The translations under genes and the position numbers were made by a program. Positions 51,883 through 64,000 of a DNA stretch of 64,000 bases are shown piece by piece. The notes below the pieces were generated by a model, which ran no database searches, was not told the origin of the DNA, and worked only from the letters and a program-made list of their open reading frames with translations. Numbering within the stretch: the first letter of the stretch is position 1; each line of letters starts with the position of its first letter. This DNA is from Octopus vulgaris. Lineage: Eukaryota. The DNA lies in contig OX597824.1 of NCBI GenBank assembly GCA_951406725.2, positions 83,452,001-83,516,000 of the forward strand. Reading direction: 5' to 3'.

Positions 51883-52803
51883 TGACCAAGTTAGTAGCGG
51901 AGGTGGATGCACAGAGAGTATCACCACTAGAATACGAATAGCCTGGGCAAAGTTCAGAAAGCTCCTACCCCTACTGGCAACAAAAGGTCTCTCCCTCAGA
52001 GCAAAAGGTAGATTGTATGATGCATGTGTGCGAACTGCCATGCTTCACGGTAATGAAACTTGGGCTGTGACTGCAGAAGACATGCGTAGACTTGAAAGAA
52101 ATGAAGCTAGCATGATCCGCTGGATGTGTAGTGTCAGTGTGCACGCAAGACAGAGTGTAAGCATCCTGAGAGAAATGCTGGATATAAGAAGCATCAGATG
52201 TGGTGTGCAAGAGCGACGCTTGCGATGGTATGGTCATGTGCTGCGGATGGATGAAGAGAGATGTGTGAAGAAGTGCCACTCCCAAACAGTTGAAGGTATC
52301 AGGGGGAGAGGTAGACCCAGGAAGACATGGGATGAGGTGGTCAAGCATGACCTCAGAGCATTGGGCCTCACTGAGGCAATGGCGAAGGACCGAGATCTCT
52401 GGAGATATGCTGTGACTACAAAGACCCGGGCTGCTTTCTGCAGCAATTCCACATACCCCCTACCCATTCTAAGTACCCCGGATCCCCAAAGTACCCTGGA
52501 TCCCCAAAGTACCCCGATCCCCAAAGTACCCTGGACCTCGTTGCCCCCGTGCCGCTGACACGTTAAAATGCTCGAACCGATCGTGACCGATGCCGGACCC
52601 TCCGGCCCCTGTGCAGGTGGCACGTAAAAGCACCCAATCCACTCACGGAGTGGTTGGCGTTAGGAAGGGCATCCAGCCGTAGAAACTCTGCCAGATTCAG
52701 ACTGGAGCCTGGAGCGGCCCCTGGCTTCCCAGACCCGGTCGAACCGTCCAACCCGTGCTAGCGCGGAAAGCGGACGTTAAACGATGATGATGATGATGAT
52801 GAT
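51883..52803 (+). mobile_element. 5'-truncated RTE-clade LINE: RT C-terminal region, 3' UTR and (GAT)n tail
   Basis: ORF RIRIAWAKFR...KGRLYDACVRTAMLHGNETW...RRLRWYGHVLRM...RGRGRPRKTW; its 3' UTR matches the most common short repeat in the window. Confidence 0.9.
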
Positions 52804-53106
52804 ATATATATATATGTATATATATTTAAATTTTATTTATGCACCCTTTTCAAGCTCATGGTCCTGGCTTCCTGGTTTCTATGGCATATGTGTCCCCCTC
52901 CCAGCTGGACGGGATGCTAGTCCATCGCAGCGTTACTCAAGAAACAGGAAGAAAGAGTAAGAGAAAGTTGGGGCGAAAGAGTACAATAGGGGTCGCAGAG
53001 CTTTTAGGTGTTTTCGCTCAATAAACACACACAACGCCCGGTCTGGGAATCGAAACCGCGATCCTCCGACCGCGAGTCTGCTGCCCTAACAACTGGGCCA
53101 TTGTGC

Positions 53107-53234
<128 letters not shown>

Positions 53235-53820
53235 ATATATATGAGAGGCTTTGGTATCTAGAAGCTCAAAAAAGCAGGTAAGGTTATGTAAGTGCTACAA
53301 AAGGACTGCTGTTAGACTCCCGGTTTGAAAATAGTGTGAGTGAGGAGTCTAATGCAGGTCGTCTGTGAGGATGTATAGGTTAAATAAAATGAGACAACAA
53401 AGCCAAGGCAGTGTGAAATTGCACCAAACCGATACAGGCATAGAAAAGCGGTGGTGATGATGAAGTGAAAGAGGGTGGAATGAAATAGGATAGGATACAA
53501 CAGAGATGAATATAAAAGATATATGTACCGTTTAAATTAGTTGGAATGGTGTCTTCATGTTGACTGTGGTTTTCACTATGTTTTGACTGTTGTACACTCC
53601 AGCCTTCTTCAGGTGTCTTGTGTTGAACTCAGTTGTTGCATTGGAATTTTGAAGCTGATTCTTTATTTGATGTAAAGATCTGAATAAGGCTGGAGCATTC
53701 AACGTAGTGAAAGCAGCAATCAAGATGTAGATACTAGTCTGACCTAATATAAATGGTATAAGTTCTAAAATTGCAGAAGAATTCATTAATGGGCAGTTTA
53801 GCTTAAGAGTAGAGCACTTT

Positions 53821-54052
53821 AAGGCGGCGAGCTGGCAGAAACGTCAGCACACCGGGCGAAATGCATAGCTGTATTTCGTCTGCCATTACATTCTGAGTTC
53901 AAATTCCGCCGAGGTCAACTTTGCTTTTCATCCTTTCGGGTTCGATAAATTAACTACCAGTTACGCACTGGGGTCAATATAATCGACTTAATCTGTTTGT
54001 CTGTCCTTGTTTGTCCCCTCTGTGTTTAGCCCCTTGTCGGTAGTAAAGAAAT
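53821..54052 (+). mobile_element. tRNA-derived SINE, second family, representative copy
   Basis: gctggcagaaacg...gagttcaaattcc head and central tttcatcctttcggg.tcgataaa; more than 12 copies, e.g. 4776-4992(-), 8484-8720(-), 13447-13668, 14365-14780(-), 27643-27868, 36350-36738(-), 62293-62508. Confidence 0.85.
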
Positions 54053-55746
54053 ATAATAGTAAAGCACTTGATGCGTAATCACTGGGATGTGAGTTTGAGT
54101 CCCATCACTGGCCGGTAACGTATTTTTCTGTAATGTATGGATAATTTATCTTGATCATGCTATTTTATTAGCATTATCACGTGTTTGAGAATTAAAAAAT
54201 AAAAATTATTTCTGTATAAATGGTATGTTGTTTGTTCCTTCACAAGCCATGCCTGGCTCATAAGGGCCGGTTTCCCAGTTTCATTGGTGTATAGGTTCCC
54301 CCACCTGGACAGGATGCTGGTTCGTCGCAGGTGAGTTGCAAGATGCAGAATGAAGGACTGAGAGCAAGTTGTGGTAAAAGAGTCAGCAGAAATTCACCAT
54401 TGCCTTCTGCCTGAGTCGCATGGAGCTTAGGTGTTTCACTCATAAACACACACATCACCCAGTCATTATCATCATCATCATCATCGTTTAACGTCCGTTC
54501 TCCATGCTAGCATGGGTTGGACGGTTCGACCGGGGATCTGGGAAGCCAGAAGGCTGCACCAGGCTCCGGTCTTATCTGGCAATGTTTCTACAGCTGGATG
54601 CCCTTCCTAATGCCAACCACTCCGTGAGTGTAGTGAGTGCTTTTTACGTGCCACCTGCACTGGAGCCAGGCGAGGCTGGCATCGGCCACGGTCGGATTGG
54701 TGCATTTTACGTGCCACCTGCACGGAAGCCAGCCGAGGCAGCACTGGCTTCGGCCACGATTCGGATGATGCTTTTTACATGCCACCGACACGGAAGCCAG
54801 TCTGAGATTCAAACCCAAGATCCCTCGACCATGAATCCACTGCTCCAACCACTAGGTGATGTGCCTCCACACTATAAAAAGTATATATAATATAAATTCT
54901 TCCTTTCAGCAATATAGAATTGTATATAAAAATTAATTTGAAAATTGTAAAAGGTATTGTAGTAGCACCTGCAAAATCTGGTAAAAATAAAAGAAGGAAC
55001 ATTACAGTAATAAATAAAAAATCATACAAATCATCATCATCATCATCATCATCGTTTAACGTCCGCTTTCCATGCTAGCATGGGTTGGATGATTTTGACT
55101 GAGGGCTGGCAAACTAGATGGCTGCACCAGGCTCCAATCTTGATCTGGCAGAGTTTCTACAGCTGGATGCGCTTCCTAATGCCAACCACTCCGAGAGTGT
55201 AGTGGGTGCTTTTTACATGCCACCAACACGGGGGCCAGTCAGGCAGTACTGGCACTGACCTCGCTTGAATCGTTTTACACATGCCACCAGCACAGGTGCC
55301 AGTAAGAGTAAGGCAATGTTGGTAACGATCACGCTTGAATGGTGCCCTTTTACGTGCCACGGCATGGGGGCCAGTCAGGTGGTACTGGCAATGACCTTGC
55401 TCAAATCTTTTTGCTCACTTGAATCTTTTTTTACAAATAGACAGAGATATTCTATTTGGTTTCTTTTTCATCATCATCATCATTCAACATCCCTTTTGTC
55501 ATGCTGGCGTGGGTCTGATGGTCCAACATGAACAGGTGAGCCAGAGGGCAGTGCTGAGCTTCAATGCATGCTTTAGTATGGCTTCTAGGCAACACAGTGG
55601 AACAGGAGCAACCTTAGAATCTCTGAGGCCATCCTCATACACCAAAAGAAACCTAAGATCAACAACAGAAGAGAGTTACAGGAAGCTAGATGGTTGTTAT
55701 TCCAAGCAGTGACCTGAACAATAACAACAACAACAACAACAACAAC

Positions 55747-55781
<35 letters not shown>

Positions 55782-55842
55782 CAACAGCAACAACATCGAA
55801 AAATACCTTAGGAATGAGAACCCAGGTTCGAAATTTCCCCAA

Positions 55843-55888
55843 GACACCTGAAGAAGGCTGGAGGGTATATCAGCCGAAATGTTGTGTT
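55843..55888 (+). ncRNA. minimal hammerhead motif within a Penelope-type terminal repeat (55800-55975)
   Basis: gacac CTGAAGA a ggctg...cagcc GAAA tgtt gtgtt; related copies with GAAA mutated to AAAA on the - strand near 53575-53620 and 56790-56835. Confidence 0.55.
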
Positions 55889-56889
55889 AACAACAAACAA
55901 GATGAGAACAAATATCCGTCAAATGTAAATAATGTAAATAATGTACAGAATTCCTCATCTCTTAAATATGGAACTGTATGTAACATACATGCCTGACTCT
56001 AGACTCCCTAAGCAGATTTTCTTTGGTGAACTAGCTGTTGACTCTTGTTCATGAAGTGAACCAAAGAAGAGATAGAAAGGCACTCTCAAGACAACATAAA
56101 AAAAAAGTCTTACTAAAAGCAGTCATGCTCTGAATTTACTCCCTGTGGCTCAGTGCTGCCTATCCTGGAGTATAGCACTCAGAACCAGAAATGAGCAGAG
56201 AAACTAAAGAGAGAAGGGATGCATGGAAGGCAACAACTTGACTGGGTTCTGACTGCTATTACTTTCACCTCCACCCCCCCATAACCATAGATTTTATACC
56301 AATATTGGCCTAATAATCCACCTTAAGGATCCCCAACGTGTCAGCTGCTAATCTGGTCATCTTCAGAGACATGAAGGATGAACATCAATGACTGGTAATC
56401 ATCTCCCTTTCATATATATTGTATTTTTAATGCAGTATATCCACAGTAGCTTGCCTATTAACAATGTTTATACATTAAGTATGATTCATAGATGACTATT
56501 TTAGAGTAGGAAATACTCAGGAAGCTGATAACAAAGAGATTCCTTCTCTAAGCAAAGAGCAGATTGTATGATGCTTTTGTATAAAGTATGATGTTGCATG
56601 GTAGCAAAACGATGGATACTGAACAGTAAGGATACACAAAAGCTGGAAAGAAGTGAAGCATGTATGTCCAGCTGGATCTGGATGTTTAATGTAAATGTGC
56701 ATCACAATGAGTTGCGATCAGGAATTCTGTACATTGTTTACATTATTTACATTGGACGGATACGTGTTCTCATCTTGTTTGTTTTTTACCATAATGTTTT
56801 GGCTGATTTACTCTCCAGCCTTCATCAGGTGTCCTGGTATAATTCTGAAACCAAACCTGGGGTTTTCATTCCTAAGGTATTTTTAGATA

Positions 56890-56959
<70 letters not shown>

Positions 56960-58229
56960 TCCCTGATGTAGTACCAGGCAGTGGCTCTTGTGGCTTCTGA
57001 TCTTAACTGATTGGAAGTATTATCATGTACATTGTTTTGTCTTCCTAGTTTGATTTGACTTGGTTTCTATGGCTTGATGCCCTTCCTAACACCAAACACT
57101 TTACAGTGTGTGCCAGGTGCTTTTAATGTGCCACCAGCATGAGCTCTTTTACATGGCACAAATGCTTTTTATGTGGCAGCAGCACAGAACTCCTGCAGGC
57201 CAATCTTCTTCATCATGAGGATGTGGATTTAACACTTTTGCTGAGGAGGATGGGTCTTCTAGAGTACAAGGTGCCAGGTATCTTGGTTCCTTGTCATCTC
57301 ATCCAAAAGGTTCAGCATTCTGAAGTTGTCCTTCAGTACAGTGTCCCATATCTTCCTAGGTCTCCTTCTTCCACAAGTTCCATCCACTTTGAGTAAACAG
57401 CACTTCTTCATGGAGCATTTGGCATCCATCTGCTTAGTATAACTGAGCCAGCACAGTCTTGATAATGGCGATGAGGATGATGATAACGATGGTGATAATA
57501 TAGACCAGTATTTGTTCAGACCGAATATCTGCTACACTGATCTGACCTGTGAAGAAGGTGGGAGGATCTACAAAGGTCAACACCACCAGTCCAACTCTCT
57601 TCACAAATTTAAAGCAACAGTAGTTAAACTTGATCTACTAGAAATACCAGCCAAATCTCTCTCAAATCATATTTTATTGTCTTCAATAATAGAAAAAAGG
57701 AAGGGCATATTATATAATGTTGCCCTTTTGTCTCTGAATAAAATATGTAATGGTGATGACAAGGATAATTTTGAGCACAGATTAGCTTGATCAGGGCTCA
57801 CCTGGGGCTAAAATAAATATGCAACACCAACATCAGGGTTTCTCAACCAGGGTTCATATGGCTTTTGGGGGTCCATTTAAGATTATTTTATTAAAATTTA
57901 TGAGCAGTAAGTAGCTTATAAGTCTATGATACCCCAAATGTTTTAACAATTTCTTTTATACAATTCCTAAAATATTTAATAACAAGAACACTCAGAGAGC
58001 ACAAACCTCAGCCAAGGCAACACCAATGTCCTCTCAATGATTAGCTGGAGATGATTTTTAGGACAAGAATATCTGAAATAAACTCGACTGCTCTCACAAA
58101 TGAGAATGCTTAAAATGAACCCGACTGCACTCAAAAATTAAGTGAAAAAAATGGAAAAATAATCCAGAATCCTTGTCTGGTACAGGATCGATCCCAAAAT
58201 CTAATCAGTTTGTGCCAATCATAAAGCCA

Positions 58230-58538
58230 GGAGGCACATGGCCTAGTGGTTAGAGCAGCAGACTCGCGATTGAGGGATTGTGGGTTCGAATCTTAGACCG
58301 GGCAATGTGTGTGTTTATGAGTAAAACACCTAAGCTCCTCGCGGCTCCAGCAGAAGGTAATGGTGAACTTCTACTGTCTCTTTCGCTACAACTTTCTCTC
58401 TCTTTTCTCCTGCATCTAGTAGTTCACCAGCGACAGACCGGCATCCTATCCAAGTGGGGAACCTATACGCCAAAGGAAACCGGGAAACTGGCCCTTATGA
58501 GCCAGGCATGGCTCGAGAAGGAACAAACAACAAAAAAA
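58230..58538 (+). mobile_element. tRNA-derived SINE, third family, with 13-bp target-site duplication, nested in another repeat (57980-58672)
   Basis: TSD aatcataaagcca at 58217-58229 and 58539-58551; the host repeat is uninterrupted at 6485-6852. Confidence 0.85.
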
Positions 58539-59749
58539 AATCATAAAGCCAAACATCCCTGGAAGTTTCATCAGAATCCATCCAGTGGTTCATGAGATAT
58601 CTTGTCCACGGACAAACACACAAACAAATATAACTGAAAACAATACCTCTGCCTTTGCTAGGGCGGAGATAATTAAAATATAATATGATTTTCTTAGATA
58701 TCGAATGGCTATGAGGGTAGATCCAAGTAGAGTAAGAATCATAGGGGTCTGTAGGTTGAATATGGTCGAGAATCCCTGATCTACAATCATAAATAAGTCA
58801 AGATTTTTCTTCAGCCACATTTGCTTGGTTCACTTGGACCAGACCTGCTGCTGCTGTTGTTGATGCTGCTGCTGCTGCTGCTGCTAATGTTGCTGCTGTG
58901 GCTGCTGCAAGTGCTGCCATCCCTACCAAGCAGCTGGGTGTGGACATTCAAATTATTAGATTTAACACTCTCATCCACCCCCCTCCCAGCCCCCATTAAA
59001 CTGCCACCGACACTCCTTCACAGATCAATAATAAAACACCAACGGATGTGTCTGCATGTGAAGTGACCTTGTGTACATGTATGTATGTATGTATATGTGT
59101 GTGTGTATGTATGTATGATGCACATTATGTGTGTGTGTGTGTGTGTGCATGTGTGTATGTCTACATGTAGTTGTGTGCATGTGTAAAAAATTTCTTTCTT
59201 CCGCTCCCTCTTTGTCTTCCTCTTTCTTTTCTCTACCTCTCACTCCTCCTCTCCTCTTTCTCTCTCTCTCTCTCTCTCTGTCACTCTTGTCTCTATCTTT
59301 CATCTCTACAAACCCCTGCTTCCTCTTCCTTCTACCAACCTCTCACACGTATATCTCTCATTCTGTCTCCGCTATTCCCTCCCCCATCACCTTACCCAAT
59401 TTTCATCTCACACCCCCTCACTCTTCAATGCTCTCTGTCATTCTCTCTCTCTCTCTCTCTCCATTTTCCACCTTTCCTTTTTTTTCCACTTCTCTTAATC
59501 TTGACTCTTAATCTCCACTCCCCTTCTAACATCACTACCACCACCACCCCTCTCCCCATCTCCACCATCCGTCTTGCCTCATTCTGTTTTTAATGTTTAA
59601 ACTGTCTCCATCATCCTGCAATAATGTGCATTTTGAAGAGATAGATTGCACCTATCTATGGAACCTATACTTTGGTAGCCGCGGTTGAAGAACCAGTGTA
59701 CGGAGTTATAGTATCTATCTTTCTATTAGTTTGACTTTCCCTATTTTCA

Positions 59750-59921
59750 CCTGTCTATCTGTACATCTGTCTGTCTGTCTATCTATCCATCTATTTCTGT
59801 CTATCTAGTTACTTTATCTTTCTATCTATCTGCCTATCTATCTATCTATCTATCTGCCTATCTATCTATCTATCTATCTATCTGCCTGCCTATCTATCTA
59901 TCTATCTGCCTATCTATCTGC

Positions 59922-59959
<38 letters not shown>

Positions 59960-60107
59960 GCCTATCTATCTATCTATCAATCTATCTATCTATCTAACTT
60001 CCAAACTATCAGCCTATATATCTGTCTATTTGGTTATCTATCTATCTATCTTTCTATTTATCTATATCTATCTGTATATATACATGTATAAAAATTTTAT
60101 ACAAACA

Positions 60108-60153
<46 letters not shown>

Positions 60154-60641
60154 AACACATGCACATATATATATATATATATACACATACATACATGCAC
60201 TCACACACATATATACATATACACACATACAAATATACATACACACAACACATATTCATGTACATATGTGTATAAAAACACACACACATATGTTTATTAT
60301 TAAATACACACACACACACATGTGCACACATGCACACACACACACACATACCTGTTGGTATGAATAAAACAATGCATGGAATAAATGACTGCAATATTGC
60401 CATAAAACAACAACAACAACAACAGAAACAAGAACAACAAAAACTGCTGATTGTTCATTCAGTGTTGAAGCAGGTCTCTTCCAGTTGCTATGTATATATA
60501 TATATAGTGTATATGGACAGAAAAGGTTGGCTGGTTGGATACATCTGTGGCTTTTTAACGAGAAAAATACACCTAATTGCACTGGCTGGCTAAACATCAT
60601 TATATAAATATATTTGTTAATTATCTATGTCTGGCTTTCAT

Positions 60642-60692
<51 letters not shown>

Positions 60693-60803
60693 ATCTATCT
60701 ATCCATCAATCTATCTACCTGACTGTCTGCATGTCAATCTATTGGTCTGTCTGTGTATCTGTCTTTCTCTTTCTATCAATTTTTCCCTTTCTATATATGT
60801 ATG

Positions 60804-60855
<52 letters not shown>

Positions 60856-60884
60856 TATATATTTGTATGTATGTGTGTGTGTGT

Positions 60885-60978
<94 letters not shown>

Positions 60979-61000
60979 CCTACCCATGCATGCATGGAAG
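59750..61000. repeat. cluster of (CTAT)n, (TA)n and (CA)n microsatellites
   Basis: direct inspection; similar tracts at 21980-22370, 24330-24700, 34580-34990 and 53110-53240. Confidence 0.9.
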
Positions 61001-61241
61001 ATGGACGTTAAACAATGATGATGATGATGGTATATATACATACATATGCACACAAACACACACACACACATATTAAGAAAGCAAATGAGCAGAAAATGAA
61101 GAAAATACGGGAGGGACAAGTGTTGCATTAGTTTACTGCTTATATATATATATATATATATATTGGCGGTGCCCCAGCATGGCCACAGCTTGTGAGCTGA
61201 AACTAAATAAAATTTTTTGTTTTAATTTAAAAAAAAAATTT

Positions 61242-61275
<34 letters not shown>

Positions 61276-61629
61276 TATATATACACATATATATAATATG
61301 TATATTTACATAAGTGATCTACAAGTATAAATGTTCAATATCTTATTATTTGTTGAAACCAATAATTTTCATACATTTTAACTTTCTCTCTGCCTTCTGT
61401 TCCTTTCTTATCATTATTGTTGTTGTTGTTGATTTTGTTGTTATCATTATATTTTATTATTATTATTTTGTCCGTCTTTATGTTCTGAGTTCAAATTCTG
61501 CCAAGGTCAACTTTGCTTTTCATACTTTCGGGGTCGATGAATGAAGTACCAGTTGAGTACTGAGGTCAATGTTATTGACTATTCTCCTCCCCCCAATTTC
61601 AGACCTTGTGCCTTTAGTAGAAAGGATTA

Positions 61630-61673
<44 letters not shown>

Positions 61674-62228
61674 GAGTGAGAGAGCAGTTCATGCCATCAA
61701 AGTGACACTGGGGTAAAATATACGAAGCCCAATATACCCATCATGACTACCCGTCTGATAAGGGTACACCAGGCACATGCATCACAACCATATGTGCGCA
61801 ACATGGTGATCTCATATCAAGATAAACAGCGCATCACCTTGCAGGTGGGGCCCAGTTAGAATTTTCTTCAGGTTGAGTAGCCCATCCCGCTCAAAAGGTC
61901 CCTGAATAAGGGTTGTTTAAGGATGTTGAAAGAACCACCCATGTTTCCAGAGGTGAATTATTCAAACCCCAAAGAATCCCTCTCAACACATGGCTATGAT
62001 GCTCCCCCACTACTTCTGCTCATGATCAGAGATGCACATATCGTCAGCCACTAAGGGACATGCTCAACTGGTTAAGGTCAAACAACTGACAAGCAAATCT
62101 GTGGTATTGAGCAGAATATTTGCTGTAGCCCATCTTTTATACCAAGACAAAACAATGTACATGATAACACTTCCAATCAGTTAAGATCAAAAGCCATGAG
62201 AGCCACTGCCTGGTACTGCATCAGGGCA

Positions 62229-62276
<48 letters not shown>

Positions 62277-62669
62277 CATTATTATTATTATTAAGGTGGC
62301 AAGCTGGCGGAATCATTAGCACACTGGATGAAATGCTTAGCGGTATTTCGTCTGTTGCTACATTCTGAGTTCAAATTCCACTGAGGTCGACTTTGCCTTT
62401 CATCCTATCGGGGTCGATAAATTAATTACCAGTGAAACACTTGGGTTGATGTAATTGACTGTGCCCCTTCCCCAAATTTTAGGCCTTGTGTCTTTAGTAG
62501 AAAGGATTATTATTATTATTATTAAGATGGTTGTTTTGTAATGTGGTGAGCTAGCAGAAAAGTTAGCACAAAATGCTTAATTGCATTTCATGCATCTTTA
62601 AATTCTGAGTTCAAAGTCTGCCAAGGTCGACTTCATCTTTTCAGAGTTAATAAAATAAGTACCTATTAT

Positions 62670-63150
62670 GTCTTCAAAAGTCTGTGAATGATGTAGGACC
62701 TCTGACAATCTGTAGCAGCTGATGCAGAAAGACACACTCCTGCTGATCAGGGTGCACAGTGTACACCTGTCCCATGGCTTGACTTCTGAAAAAAGCACCT
62801 TCTTCCCAGCCCTCAATGCATGTTTCTTGCTTGCATCTGTTCCATCTATTGTGTGCCCAGGTATAGTACACGGGGTTCTCTACATACAGAAGTGTTCGGC
62901 AAACAGATCTCACTGGCATAATTTGAAGAAAACTGTCAAAGTGGTCTCTCATGGATTCAGAACTACGTTTTGAACATTGTCTTCTGTGAAATATATACCC
63001 TGGCCATTTTGAAGATGTACAGATTGATTTTAAAGTGTTCCTACATGTAAACAGGGTGTGATCATTGTGTTGACAGTGCCTTTGTCTAAAAGCAGAACAG
63101 TTCTTCATGCAGCACTTGTCAACTGGCTGAAGTGACATGAAACGCATCGC
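62670..63150 (-). mobile_element. Helitron Rep/helicase relic
   Basis: TLLYVENPVYYTW...MGQVYTVHPDQQECVFLHQLLQIVRGPTSFTD matches the Helitron GRVYTVHP..ECFYLRLLL..V.GPTSF.DL block; frameshifted. Confidence 0.8.
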
Positions 63151-64000
63151 CATTCATGAATAAGTCACTAACAGAAATTAGTGGATCTATTTAGGGTTGT
63201 ACTGGATAAATTGCGAAAATAACTCTAACAGTTCAAATACTAAGAAACTAGCATACTCAATTTGATTTATACCAAATAATATAGGAAAATGAATGGGTTA
63301 TTTCCCTTGGCTGTTAAAATAAAATATATTAGTTATATATAAGGATCCCTTCCAGGGGCCCTATTATCGGTGTTTTTCAACAATCTGAGTATGCCTTGAC
63401 ATTTCCAGACATGAGTTCTACTCAAGTGTCAAGTTTCATCAAAATTGATAAAACGATGTTGGAGGAGTTAGCTGACAAATCCACAAACACACCCAGACAG
63501 AATTTCCCACATGTGTAGTAGATGTATATATGTTTACACACACACACACACAGGTACCAAATCCAATATTAACTGTAGATCTGACCCAGGGTAGGTTCTA
63601 GGTGTGACATATGTATAAAAGAAGAATACAAGTGGGGCTTTAAATTTACTACAGCTATTGTAGGTAACATCCCGGTAATGTCCTGATTAAATCTCAGGAA
63701 CTTAGATTCAAATGCTTACATAATATTAGAAGCACATTTGCATATTCTAAACCTGTTACCAAATCCACTTCAAACAACATCCCCTAATCTTTATCTAAAT
63801 CATCTAATGTAGTTTTGTCTATTATCTATGGCTGTAGGTAGTGTTTGAGTAATATGTTACTCAATATAATAGGCCCCCTAATTACAAATTCTCATTAAAC
63901 TAGCCCACTTAATCTTTATCTCTCATAAATAATGAAATATTTGTTAGTCTGGCTTATGGGTTCCAAACTCAAAATCTATTATTATATATTTATTGTATCT

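Overview
AT-rich, microsatellite- and retroposon-dense animal genomic DNA. The SINE/RTE repeat families look like an octopod cephalopod (inference). Most ORFs in the supplied track are spurious, and the real genes had to be assembled by hand from splice sites. (1) + strand 536-13878: the last 8 coding exons of an LRPPRC/bsf-like protein, all GT-AG and phase-consistent. (2) - strand 40732-28816: a complete 3-exon, 193-aa HD-domain protein matching all the diiron and phosphonate-binding residues I recall for PhnZ, the bacterial C-P bond-cleaving oxygenase. (3) Immediately downstream on the same strand, a candidate spliced 63-aa ORF (27579-22810) that may share a transcript with the PhnZ-like gene. 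The rest consists of RTE, CR1-like and Penelope retroelement relics, tRNA-derived SINEs, mariner/Tc1 and Helitron relics, and TTAA (piggyBac-type) MITEs. There are also five recognisable and about four degenerate minimal hammerhead-ribozyme motifs, several long hairpins and local duplications. Repeat boundaries are approximate. Family assignments come from motif recognition, not database searches.
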